Positions 42,427 to 52,364 of a stretch of 64,000 nt of DNA are shown piece by piece; the stretch's first letter is position 1; the number at the start of each line of letters is the position of its first letter. Below the pieces are notes generated by a model that made no database searches, was not told the DNA's origin, and saw only the letters and a list, made by a program, of their open reading frames with translations. The stretch spans positions 31,303 to 95,302 of the forward strand of contig CAVSCG010000006.1 of NCBI GenBank assembly GCA_963726395.1, given 5' to 3'. The stretch comes from an uncultured delta proteobacterium. Its GTDB lineage: Bacteria > Desulfobacterota > Syntrophia > Syntrophales > Smithellaceae. The translations under genes were made by a program, and so were the position numbers.

Positions 42427-43674
42427 TTAATCTTTGTATTTCTTGAATATAATAACGGCATTAACACCGCCAAACCCAAAACTATTGGACATCGCGGTAT
42501 TGATTTCTTTGTGCCGGGCGACATTCGGCACAAAATCCAGATCACATCCGTCATCCGGGTTTTCCAGATTGATGGTGGGCGGAATAATCCCCTCCTGAAT
42601 TGCCTTCACGCTGAAAATCGCCTCCACGCCGCCTGTGCCTCCCAGCATGTGACCGGTCATCGATTTGGTCGAGCTGACCATCAGCTTTTGCGTGTGCTCG
42701 CCGAAAAGATTCTTAATCGCTTGCGCTTCATAAAGATCATTGAGTGGCGTGGATGTACCATGGGCGTTGATATAGTCAATATCAGTCGTTTGCAGGCCGG
42801 CGTCCTTGATCGCCACCTGCATGCTGCGTTTAGCGCCTTCGTGTTCAGGGGGCGGGGCAGCCAGGTGATAAGCGTCGGATGTGCATCCGTAGCCGACTAT
42901 TTCGGCAAGAATCCTTGCGCCGCGTCTGAGAGCAAAGGATAGTTCTTCTAAAATCAGAACGCCGCAGCCTTCAGCAATAACAAAGCCGTTGCGTGCTTTG
43001 TCGAAAGGCCGGCTGGCTTTTTGTGGTTCGTCATTACGGGTTGACAGCGCGCGCATGGCACAGAACCCACCGACACCCAAAGGTGTTACGGCCGCTTCAA
43101 CGCCGCCGGTAATCATGGCGTCCGCGTCGCCGTATGCGATGATTTTGTAAGAATCGCCGATGGCCGACGTGCCCGCGGCACAGGCTGTTACGGTACAATT
43201 GATGGGACCTTTGGCACCGAAACGCATGGAGACATGGCCGGATCCAAGATTGGCCAGGATGGCTGGAACGGCAAAAGGCGACACTTTACGTGGGCCGGAC
43301 GCATGGAGAACTCTAACTTCTTCTTCAATGGTCTGGGCGCCGCCGATGGCGGAACCAATGATCACACCGACTCGCTCCGCAATCTCCGGGCCAATAGTCA
43401 GTGCCGCGTCTTCTAAAGCCATCTGGGCCGCGGCCAGTGCATAAATGGCAAAATTGTCGTAACGCCGGACTTCTTTTTTATCGACATACCGTAAAGGATC
43501 AAAGTTTTTAATTTCGCCTGCGATTTTGGCACTGAAAGCAGAGGCGTCAAACCGGGTAATGGGGCCGATACCGGATTTTCCTGCAATGGCGCCTGCCCAT
43601 GATTCCGAAACGGAGTTACCAAGGGGAGTCAGGGCGCCGAGGCCTGTTACAACGACACGCCTTTTCATGGGCAA
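42427..43674 (-). CDS. fabF: Beta-ketoacyl-ACP synthase II
   Basis: [34 protein letters not shown]. Confidence 0.97.
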   Translation of the reverse strand: MPMKRRVVVTGLGALTPLGNSVSESWAGAIAGKSGIGPITRFDASAFSAKIAGEIKNFDPLRYVDKKEVRRYDNFAIYALAAAQMALEDAALTIGPEIAERVGVIIGSAIGGAQTIEEEVRVLHASGPRKVSPFAVPAILANLGSGHVSMRFGAKGPINCTVTACAAGTSAIGDSYKIIAYGDADAMITGGVEAAVTPLGVGGFCAMRALSTRNDEPQKASRPFDKARNGFVIAEGCGVLILEELSFALRRGARILAEIVGYGCTSDAYHLAAPPPEHEGAKRSMQVAIKDAGLQTTDIDYINAHGTSTPLNDLYEAQAIKNLFGEHTQKLMVSSTKSMTGHMLGGTGGVEAIFSVKAIQEGIIPPTINLENPDDGCDLDFVPNVARHKEINTAMSNSFGFGGVNAVIIFKKYKD

Positions 43675-43692
43675 TGATCCTGATTTAAAAAA

Positions 43693-43929
43693 TTAATTAA
43701 TACCTTTTTTCCGGAGAAAATCGACGACGTCTTTAATCGTTCGAATTTTTTCCAGCTCTTCGTCGGCGATCTCTACGCCAAATAATTCTTCCATCTCCAT
43801 GATCAGCTCAACCAGATCCAGAGAATCAGCGCCCAGATCATCAATAAATGACGCTTCCAGCTTGCACTGCTCCTGGGTCACATCCAGCTGCTCTATTACA
43901 AGTTTAATGACTTTTTCTTCTAATGACAT
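43693..43929 (-). CDS. acpP: Acyl carrier protein
   Basis: DLGADSLDLVEL. Confidence 0.97.
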   Translation of the reverse strand: MSLEEKVIKLVIEQLDVTQEQCKLEASFIDDLGADSLDLVELIMEMEELFGVEIADEELEKIRTIKDVVDFLRKKGIN

Positions 43930-44236
43930 GAATTCCCTCCTCCAGTCCCATATTAGAATAAAAAATTATAACAAGTGCTTCTTTTATTACCTGTTTTTTT
44001 AAAAAAAATCCTTATTATTTTTCAATGCAGCAAACATCTGCATTTCAGGGCTATCAAGCTTTCCACCACACTATATCTGCCGGTTAAACCGGTACGCTTT
44101 TACCGGATGCGTCGCGCCTTTTGGTGGCATCGCTTCCCACAGACTGAATCATCCGGTTATTCCGAACCCTTCTGTTACGAAAACAATCAACGGGCGCCAA
44201 GAAAGCGGGCATTTGGCTTAAAGCGGCTACGCTGTT

Positions 44237-44422
44237 TTAGGAAATCTTTTCCGCCGATATCACTTCTCTGCCTTTATACGTGCCGCAATTCGGACAAACA
44301 CGGTGAGGCATTTTCGGTTCACTGCATTGCGGGCAAACCGACATGGAAGGCTGTTTTAGGAAATCGTGCGCCCTTCGGGTATTGCGCCTTGTTTTGGAAT
44401 GTCTTTTTACTGGATTTGGCAT
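44237..44422 (-). CDS. rpmF: 50S ribosomal protein L32
   Basis: [12 protein letters not shown], CxxC...CxxCG.Y. Confidence 0.96.
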   Translation of the reverse strand: MPNPVKRHSKTRRNTRRAHDFLKQPSMSVCPQCSEPKMPHRVCPNCGTYKGREVISAEKIS

Positions 44423-44445
44423 GGTAAATTATCCTCTTTTTATAA

Positions 44446-44990
44446 TTAATTTTTGATTCTAATTTTTTTCAGTACTGCCAGACGATCATCGATAACATCC
44501 GAACGGCAGACACACGAACCGGTATTTAAATTGATGCCACAATGGGGGCACAAGCCCTTGCAATCGTCGGTGCAGAGAATCCTCATCGGCACCTGCAGAA
44601 CAATCTGCTCGCAGATCATCGGCGCCAGATCGATAAAATCACCGCGGTAGTAGCTCGTTTCGAGTTCCTGGGCGGTGAGTTCCAGATCTTTTGCGACCTC
44701 CACCTTTGCCGGGACCAGTGTGTAAGCAAAATCTCCGCCAATGGGAATGCGTCGCCGGTTCCAGACAGCGACCGCACTCCTGGCTGATTTGCGCCGCCAG
44801 TTCTCCCCGGATATAAATGGTATTGCCTGATTTAGTGATCATACAGTTAACATCCACCTTGACCAGTGAAAACTCAGGCCTGTTCATCGTCAGAAAAACA
44901 TTCTTTGAACCACGCGGCGCCTTCGGAAAAGGTCAACCGTAACCCTTCCTCAGGGAGAATCGTCAGATTAATTTTCAAAGAATCGGACAT
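44446..44990 (-). CDS. yceD: YceD/DUF177 family protein, split by about two indels
   Basis: Three overlapping frames give [31 protein letters not shown] and DDRLAVL; lies upstream of rpmF. Confidence 0.85.
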
Positions 44991-45103
44991 GGAACCCTTA
45001 CTGCCTTGTTAAAAAAATTAAGCCAACCGCGCTAAGCAGGCGAGTAAATGATAAAATCATTGTGTTGTCAAGTATAATTTGCTGTTTGAAAGGCAAAAGG
45101 CGC

Positions 45104-45133
45104 TTGACAAATAACGAGCCGCAACCCTATAAC
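45104..45133 (+). promoter_or_regulatory. Sigma70 promoter of gltX
   Basis: TTGACA-18 bp-TATAAC. Confidence 0.6.
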
Positions 45134-45157
45134 ACTGCAAAAATTAAGGGAAACAAT

Positions 45158-46566
45158 ATGACCACCAAAATACGCACCCGTTTTGCACCATCCCCGACCG
45201 GTTATTTGCACATCGGAGGAGCACGAACCGCTCTTTTTAACTGGCTTTTCTCCCGTCATAATGGCGGCGAATTTGTTTTAAGAATTGAAGATACCGATCA
45301 GCAGCGCTCAACCGACGAATCCACAAAAGCGATTCTGGATGCCATGACCTGGATGGGCCTGAATTGGGATGAAGGACCGCATTTTCAGGCCCAGCGCGTT
45401 GATCTGCACCGCGATATGGTGCAAAAACTGATCAATGAAGACAAGGCCTATATTTGTACCTGCACCTCCGAAGAACTGGAAACCAAAAGAAAAACGGCCC
45501 TGGCCGCCGGGAAAAAGCCCAAATATGACGGTACCTGTCGCGATAAAAAGTTAAAGAAATCAACAGGAAGTGTTGTGCGTTTCCGCGGCGCACAAACTGG
45601 CATCACCATTGTAGAAGACCTCATTAAAGGCAATATCAGCTTTAATAATGATGAGTTGGATGATTTGATCATCGAACGCGGCGACGGCTATCCGACGTAT
45701 AATTTTGCCGTTGTCATCGATGACGCGCTCATGAACATCACGCACGTCATCCGCGGTGACGACCATGTCAACAATACACCACGCCAGATTTTGATGTATC
45801 AGGCACTGGGTTTTGATGTGCCGAAATTCGCCCATGTCCCGATGATTCTGGGATCGGACAAGGCGCGTCTGAGCAAGCGCCATGGGGCTACATCCGTAAT
45901 GGCCTATAAAGAAATGGGTTACCTGCCGGAGGCGCTTGTCAATTATCTGGTGCGTTTGGGTTGGTCGCATGGGGATCAGGAGATTTTTTCTCGCAAAAGG
46001 AACTGATTGAATATTTCACTCTGGATGCCGTCGGCAAGTCACCCGCCGTCTTCAATCCCGAAAAACTGCTCTGGCTCAATGCGCATTATATAAAAGAAGC
46101 AACTCCGGCGCGATTGGCCGAAGACATGAAACCATTCTGGCCCGCCGGCGCCGATATAAATAACGCTTCATTCACGCAAAAAATCATCGCCGACTTGCAG
46201 CCGCGCAGCAAAACACTGGTCGAGCTGGCCGGGGCGGCGAATTTCTATTTTGTAGATCAGATTCAATATGAGGAACAAGCCGCACAGAAATTTTTGGTAC
46301 CCGACATGGCCGCCCATTTAAAGACAATGGCTGTCGCGATTCCGTCCGTGCAGGACTTCAGCAAAGAAGGCCTCGAAGGATTTCTCAAAACTTTCATCGA
46401 AGAACAGGGAATCAAATTTAAGGTGATCGCCCAACCACTACGGGTGGCGCTGACCGGAAAAACAGTTAGTCCCGGCATAGATGAAATCATGGTCACACTG
46501 GGCAAGGACCGCGTTATGCAAAGGATCAATGCGGCGGTTGCCTACATAGACAATCTGAATCAATAG
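45158..46566 (+). CDS. gltX: Glutamate-tRNA ligase; frameshift in a T6 run at 45984-45989
   Basis: [25 protein letters not shown]; anticodon-binding domain [12 protein letters not shown] in the second frame. Confidence 0.96.
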
Positions 46567-46667
46567 GTTGATGCGGGGAAGCTGCGACGTTATTCAAAAC
46601 GTATCACTTTCATCTTGACTTTTGAAGTGGAACTGAATAGATACTCTCGCTCGACTTCCAACGCTGT

Positions 46668-46739
46668 TGGGGGATCCGTCTAGCGCGAGAACTCAGGACT
46701 CTGAACCCTCCTGCCTAGATTCGAATCCTGATTCCCCAT
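46668..46739 (+). pseudogene. Degenerate tRNA-Gln(CUG)
   Basis: Acceptor stem TGGGGGA/TTCCCCA, loop CTCTGAA and TTCGAAT present; D, anticodon and T stems mismatched; no CCA. Confidence 0.7.
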
Positions 46740-46746
46740 CTAACAT

Positions 46747-46821
46747 GGTCCCATCGTCTAGTGGTTAGGACGCTGGCCTCTCACGCCGGAAACCGGGGTT
46801 CAACTCCCCGTGGGACTACCA
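46747..46821 (+). tRNA. tRNA-Glu(CUC)
   Basis: GGTCCCA/TGGGACT acceptor stem, CTGGC-CTCTCAC-GCCGG anticodon arm, GGTTCAACTCC T arm, encoded CCA. Confidence 0.96.
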
Positions 46822-46881
46822 AAATAATATCAAATAGTTATAATATTATTCTTAATAACTACTTTAATTTCTCTTATTGAC

Positions 46882-46902
46882 TCCCCACACTATTCCCCAC
46901 AC
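46882..46902 (+). repeat. Direct repeat TCCCCACAC x2 (12-bp period), possible integrase arm-type sites
   Basis: 60 bp downstream of the tRNA-Glu 3' end, after an AT-rich spacer. Confidence 0.45.
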
Positions 46903-47041
46903 CCGGAATATAAAGACTGCCTTTTCTATCATCTCAATGGATTTTTTAACTTGTTCAATAAATCCCGGCAAAGGAGCTGATACCAAACGCAAGAATAATG
47001 TAAGAAATGCAAGCAGAAATACTTTTCTTGCCGATGGCCCC

Positions 47042-48877
47042 TTATTCCCAGAGATCCTTTGACGCCTGATCTAGTTCCAATTCCATCAGTTTCTCTCTTG
47101 TCGGTTTACCCGTTTCCCAGTCCCACTTGCTCACATCATAAAAATCCTTCAACATAAGATCCATAGCGGGTTCTATGCCTGCAGTTGCTCCCTCCTTCAA
47201 TGCTCGTCTAACAATTTTCGGCAGCTTATCATCCTGCCTTGTCACACCAAGCTTATTGTTGATAGCCCGCTTTAGGTTAAGGGACCGTTCGCCGAATATA
47301 AGCAAATCCATAGTTTTATATTGAATACCAGTGATGGCAGTAAGAGCTCGGGCAATCATCCCGGCTGGCATTGGTGAAAAATGACACAAGGTAAAACTAT
47401 TGTAGAGTTCACAGAAATGAAGCATTTTTGCTGTCAGCGCTCCTTTTTGTGCCGGATCGTTTTTATTGGAAAAAGAAATTCCCAGATCCAGGCCAACTTC
47501 GTTTCCCGGGGCATCCAAATTATAAAAACTGCCTTTCAAATGACAGGCACCTCTGGGACCAACGGCATATGAAAGCGCCGCGCCTTGGTAGGCTCGCGAG
47601 TCGTGCATTGGAAATTCAAGTCCTTTGACATGAGCCGCTTCTTCCGGATCCGCCCCGAGAAGTACGGCCATTTCCTTGACACCCTTGGATAAGATAACGC
47701 CGAAGCCCTCCTGCTTAATGATCATGTCCAGAAGCTTGAGAATAACCGCGCTATCACCCCATTTGATTTCCATACCGGCTTTTTCCTTTGTGAGAATGCC
47801 CTGCTCATACAAATGCATGGCAAATGCAATGGAAACGCCTGCCGACATAGTATCTATCCCATGACGATTACAGAAATGATTTGCTCTCACCACGGTATCA
47901 ATGTCAAAGTTCATGCAGAGAGGTCCAAATGCCGCCACAGTCTCATATTCAGGGCCGTCAACTGTTTTGATGTCGTCACTGAAGTCCTTGATGATCCGGC
48001 CACACCCGACCGGGCAACCGCTGCAGGCGTAAGTCGCCATATTATAACGTGATCGAAATGCCGGGCCGTGCAGCTTCTCCACGGGGAAAATGCTTTTGGT
48101 AAAATACTTCGTCGGAACATCCCCCAAGCGCATGCCCAGGTCAATATACATGTTTGTCCCGTATAATTTATAGCCGCTCGTATTGGGCGTACTCTTAATA
48201 CAATCACGAGCTTCCTCGATGAGTTTCTTAAGACCTTCGCTGTCTGCCGGTTCGGTCTTCTGATTTCCCGAAACGACTACAGCCTTCAGATTCTTCGAAC
48301 CCATCAAGGCACCCAAACCACATCTTCCCGCCGTCCGGCCTTCATCGTTCATGATGCCAGCAAACTTGAGTAATTTTTCTCCGCCCATGCCGATACAGGC
48401 GGTCGAAGCCTTTCCCCCGACTTCTTTATTGATCAAATCCTGTGTCTCGTAGCTGTCCTTGCCCCATAGGTGCGAAGCATCTTTAATTTCCGCTTTATCT
48501 CCCTTAACCAATAAATAGACTGGCGTATCGGACTTACCCGTGATGAGTATCCCGTCATAGCCGATACCTTTCAGACGAAAAGGGAAATTTCCTCCCGTCG
48601 TCGCTTCACCCCAAAGACCGCTTCCCGGTGCAATACCGCATATGGCCGCCCGGCTGACCATGGGGACGTTGGAGCCGATAAAGGGTCCCGTTGCAAAAAC
48701 TAAGGGATTTTCTGGCGCCAACGGGTCCATCCCAAGCTGGACATAGTCATAGATCAGTTTGGCCGCCAAGGTTGAACCGCCGACATATTTCTTCAAATCA
48801 TCATCGCTGATGGTTAAATCTTCGATTTTTTTATCGGTAAGATTTATCTTAAGGAATTTTCCAAAATAGCCCTTCAT
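47042..48877 (-). CDS. Aldehyde:ferredoxin oxidoreductase family protein (W/Mo-pterin)
   Basis: AGRCGLGALMGSKNLKA, CxxCPxxC, GPEYET, HGIDTMS, RGACH. Confidence 0.94.
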   Translation of the reverse strand: MKGYFGKFLKINLTDKKIEDLTISDDDLKKYVGGSTLAAKLIYDYVQLGMDPLAPENPLVFATGPFIGSNVPMVSRAAICGIAPGSGLWGEATTGGNFPFRLKGIGYDGILITGKSDTPVYLLVKGDKAEIKDASHLWGKDSYETQDLINKEVGGKASTACIGMGGEKLLKFAGIMNDEGRTAGRCGLGALMGSKNLKAVVVSGNQKTEPADSEGLKKLIEEARDCIKSTPNTSGYKLYGTNMYIDLGMRLGDVPTKYFTKSIFPVEKLHGPAFRSRYNMATYACSGCPVGCGRIIKDFSDDIKTVDGPEYETVAAFGPLCMNFDIDTVVRANHFCNRHGIDTMSAGVSIAFAMHLYEQGILTKEKAGMEIKWGDSAVILKLLDMIIKQEGFGVILSKGVKEMAVLLGADPEEAAHVKGLEFPMHDSRAYQGAALSYAVGPRGACHLKGSFYNLDAPGNEVGLDLGISFSNKNDPAQKGALTAKMLHFCELYNSFTLCHFSPMPAGMIARALTAITGIQYKTMDLLIFGERSLNLKRAINNKLGVTRQDDKLPKIVRRALKEGATAGIEPAMDLMLKDFYDVSKWDWETGKPTREKLMELELDQASKDLWE

Positions 48878-48881
48878 TGAA

Positions 48882-50177
48882 TCACCTCCATACGTCTGAA
48901 TTCATATCCAGTAAGTTACCTTCATAAGCACACAAAAATAAATCCCTCAACTGCTCCCTGTTCAGGTCATACCAACCAAAATAGAATGCAGGATCCGTCG
49001 GCGTTTGAGCCAGAATGAAATCAAGATTCTTTTCAAAATCACCCCTGGAAACCCCGGCATCCTTAAGGCTTATAGGGAGTTTCAGTTCAGTCATCAGGTT
49101 GCGGATCTTTTGGATCAGGTTGGCCAGACTTTTTTCAGCAGAGCTTTTATCCCGTATGCCTAACATATCGCAAATTTCAAGATGGCGATCTGTTACCTTA
49201 GAATAGACTTGGAGTTCATAGGTCAGAAACAACAAAACCATTGCACCATGATGAATGTGGTATAATCCTCCAATGGTATGGCCCAGGGCATGAGAAATCC
49301 CTGAACCCGCATTAGAGAGAGGAATCCCGGCCATAGTGGCCGCATACTGCATCTTAATCCTGGGCATGATGTCGTTGCCATCACGGTAAGCCTTCGGCAG
49401 CCAGTCGAAGATCATCTTAATCGCCTTCAGGGCGATGGCCTGATTCAATTCATCCGCTCGCGGAGCCATAAAGCCATCGACTGCATGGGCTAAAGCATCT
49501 CCGCCGGTTCCGGCCGTCAGCTGTTGCGGCATTCCGACCGACAGGGTCGGATCGAGAAGGGCAAAATCGGGGACGAATTCCGGCAGGGCACCGCCCACAC
49601 CGAGTTTCACACCATCGGGAAAGGATATAACCGCAATACCGGTAACCTCTGAACCGGTGCCGCTTGTTGTCGGGATGGCAACCAGCTTGGCTTTATTCCG
49701 CAGATTCAAAGGCATGAGGGGGCTGAGGATTTCAATGTTGGCATCCGGGTGTTCATACAAAAGCCACGCACCCTTTGCCGTATCCATCGATGAACCACCG
49801 CCGATAGCAAAGATAAGGTCAGGTCCAAACTGTCTCATCTTTGCCGCGCAATCCTTGACCGTATCGATTGGGGCATCAGGCTTCGCCTTGTCCCAGATTT
49901 CAAAGTTAATGCCGTGCCTTTTTTCATAAGGGCTCATGATCCTCGGAGCAAAGCGCACCGCGTATTCGTCCGTAACGATAAAAGCCTTCTTTGTTTTACA
50001 TTCCTTAGCCACTAAATCAACGGAATCGGGAAGAAGGCCCGCCTTATCCAGAAAAAGATTCAGTCCGGAAAATATTCTCGGTACAAAGAAAGCTCGTTGT
50101 GCCTCTTTTAAAAATTCTGCCTGCACCATGGGACCACCCCAGGTTCTCAGCAAATATTCGTGTGACCAGTAGCTCAT
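48882..50177 (-). CDS. Iron-containing alcohol dehydrogenase
   Basis: GGGSSMD, IPTTSGTGSE, DALAH, HALGH, HHG. Confidence 0.92.
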   Translation of the reverse strand: MSYWSHEYLLRTWGGPMVQAEFLKEAQRAFFVPRIFSGLNLFLDKAGLLPDSVDLVAKECKTKKAFIVTDEYAVRFAPRIMSPYEKRHGINFEIWDKAKPDAPIDTVKDCAAKMRQFGPDLIFAIGGGSSMDTAKGAWLLYEHPDANIEILSPLMPLNLRNKAKLVAIPTTSGTGSEVTGIAVISFPDGVKLGVGGALPEFVPDFALLDPTLSVGMPQQLTAGTGGDALAHAVDGFMAPRADELNQAIALKAIKMIFDWLPKAYRDGNDIMPRIKMQYAATMAGIPLSNAGSGISHALGHTIGGLYHIHHGAMVLLFLTYELQVYSKVTDRHLEICDMLGIRDKSSAEKSLANLIQKIRNLMTELKLPISLKDAGVSRGDFEKNLDFILAQTPTDPAFYFGWYDLNREQLRDLFLCAYEGNLLDMNSDVWR

Positions 50178-50283
50178 ATTTCCTCCTTACCTTTCTATAT
50201 GGGTGACGAAGCTGTCCGTTATTGCTAACTTGATTTTTTACGTATGGCTATGTAGCAATGAATCTGCATACAAATGAGATCTC

Positions 50284-50637
50284 CTAAGTTGTACAGAATT
50301 TTAAGACGGAGCCAAACCAGGTAAAATCGTGAACCTTGCCGTCAATGCAGACAAAATGATTCTGGAGGGCATGCTTGATTCCTTCTTCGCCGTTCTTAAG
50401 TCCATTGAACGCAGTCTCCGCATCACTCCAGACCATTGCAGCATCAAAATCATCCAGAACTTCATCCGCGGAAAATTTGCCGTCTTTAAAGATGAAGCGC
50501 TTCCCCCGTTTGCCGTCCTTTGTTTTGATTACAATGGTACATTCATGACCCATCAGAAATTTCTTAAAATCATTGTTGGTCTGGGAAGCTCCTTCGAATA
50601 TGGAGACCAAGAAACTAAGCAGTTCTGAAAATTCCAT
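50284..50637 (-). CDS. Small protein, probable SCP2-like fold
   Basis: RBS present; helix, strands (IVIKTKDG, RFIFKDGK), then ALQ...IDG pattern resembling SCP2. Confidence 0.55.
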   Translation of the reverse strand: MEFSELLSFLVSIFEGASQTNNDFKKFLMGHECTIVIKTKDGKRGKRFIFKDGKFSADEVLDDFDAAMVWSDAETAFNGLKNGEEGIKHALQNHFVCIDGKVHDFTWFGSVLKFCTT

Positions 50638-51092
50638 AAATTCCCCTTCCTTTTACATGATCGATGTGAACAATTGGACCATCCATTTTACGATGATGAA
50701 ACATTAAACGATACTCCCTGTGCGGTATGGAGATCACCGACAACTTTGCCGCTTTATGTTTAATAAAGCATGCTCATTTCTACTCTCGCTTAGGACATTA
50801 GTCAATTTCTTCTTTATAGTGCCTTAAAAATAATATCATCTTAATCTAAGACGATGCGCTGTCTCTTGAACAAAGAATATTATATATAAGTTAAGATTTA
50901 TACTGTATTATTTAACATTAAGTTGTATTTAAATAAATAATGGATTGTTTTTTATTGCAGTTCAACAATCTTTTGTGTTTAACTTATTTACGGTAATGTC
51001 CTGATGGGTAATCTTTTCTCCCGCTAGGATACGAGGCAATAACAAATCCAAAACGTTCAGCTTGTTGCGAATGGCCTATTCAAAATAGCAAA

Positions 51093-51131
51093 GCACAAAA
51101 TACCCCTCGCTTGCGGAGGAGTATTTTGTGC
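51093..51131. repeat. Inverted repeat / REP-like hairpin upstream of the ThiF gene
   Basis: GCACAAAATAC/GTATTTTGTGC perfect 11-bp arms. Confidence 0.5.
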
Positions 51132-51155
51132 AGATATGGACCATAAGAGATATAA

Positions 51156-52034
51156 ATGAATGATACCCCAAAAAACAGGAGATTTCTTAAAGAGCTAAAT
51201 AGATTAGCTATAGAAATTCTCGATTGCAAAAGTAACCTTAAGATTAAGGTTCTGTATGAGGAAGAAGCGATAAAGTTGGCATTGAAATATCAATCTACCC
51301 TCAAGTCTGTATATGTCGAAGCCATGAAGTTGGGGGTATGCCCTTATCGATACATTCGGAATCGGGAATCTATTTCAATACAGGATCAAACCAAACTTGC
51401 AGAGTCTCGAATAGCTGTTATCGGCTCCGGTGGGTTGGGGGGGCATGTGATCTTGTTGCTGGCGAGAATTGGGATTGGCCATCTTAGAATAATTGATGGT
51501 GATGTATTCGATGAAACAAATTTGAATCGACAGCCTTTGTGTAACATAGAAACCATAAATAAAGCAAAACCGAAGGTAGCAGCAAATGTGGTAAATCTGA
51601 TTAATCCTTCAGTAGAGGTTTCAATTATTACAGACAAGGTGAATGTTGCCAATGCAGAACATATTCTCTCTGAGGTTGATGTGATTGTCGATGCTCTCGA
51701 TAATATGGATGACCGTCTTATGATTGAAAAGGTTGCAAAAAAAAATAGGATCCCGTTCGTACACGGCGCAGTTGCCGGTTTCGAAGGCCAGGTAACGACA
51801 ATATTTCCTGAGGACAAGGGATTAACGTTTCTCTATGGGGAAAATAGTTGTCAGGTAAATGACAAGTATTCTCCGGAAGCTATTTGGGGTGTACCGGTTT
51901 TAGCTCCTGCTTTAATAGCATCCATGCAGGCCATGGAGGTTGTAAAAATTATCCTTAACCGTCGAGAGATTTTTAGAAATACCTTAGTCCATGTGGACTT
52001 GGAAAAAGGGCAATTCAATAAATATGAATTTTAA
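51156..52034 (+). CDS. HesA/MoeB/ThiF family adenylyltransferase
   Basis: RYIRN, GSGGLGG, DGDVFDETNLNRQ, DALDN. Confidence 0.92.
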   Translation: MNDTPKNRRFLKELNRLAIEILDCKSNLKIKVLYEEEAIKLALKYQSTLKSVYVEAMKLGVCPYRYIRNRESISIQDQTKLAESRIAVIGSGGLGGHVILLLARIGIGHLRIIDGDVFDETNLNRQPLCNIETINKAKPKVAANVVNLINPSVEVSIITDKVNVANAEHILSEVDVIVDALDNMDDRLMIEKVAKKNRIPFVHGAVAGFEGQVTTIFPEDKGLTFLYGENSCQVNDKYSPEAIWGVPVLAPALIASMQAMEVVKIILNRREIFRNTLVHVDLEKGQFNKYEF

Positions 52035-52132
52035 TAAACCAGATTGTTATTTATTAGCTTTGTATTCGCGGCATAATTCCTGACTGATTCATTCATGGGA
52101 GATAAGCATCTAAAAGCTTCCTGAGGACAGTA

Positions 52133-52354
52133 TCACCCACCGGACAATAACGTCACCAGGATCACCTCATCCCCGTCTTTCATTTTTTCATTGAGCGGGA
52201 TACTTTTTCCGTTTACAATGGAAACCATCTTGAGTTTTCCGGGAATTTTCAGATCGCGAATAAGTTGTTCAGGGGTAAGGCCATCGGCAGTCTCCAATTC
52301 ATGTTCTGTAAAATACTTCCTGATGACGCCGACCGGCCTTACCTTGATTTTCAT
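52133..52354 (-). CDS. MoaD/ThiS family sulfur carrier
   Basis: VNGK, DGDEV, C-terminal SGG. Confidence 0.88.
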   Translation of the reverse strand: MKIKVRPVGVIRKYFTEHELETADGLTPEQLIRDLKIPGKLKMVSIVNGKSIPLNEKMKDGDEVILVTLLSGG

Positions 52355-52364
52355 GAATAAAATC

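Noticed and set aside
43975-44427. 150-aa plus-strand ORF
   Set aside because: Antisense to rpmF, no RBS or recognisable motif
45961-46010. Programmed frameshift or selenocysteine read-through at TGA stops in gltX, scpA and the RND permease
   Set aside because: Continuations are in different frames and explained by single indels; no SECIS or slippery-site-plus-structure evidence
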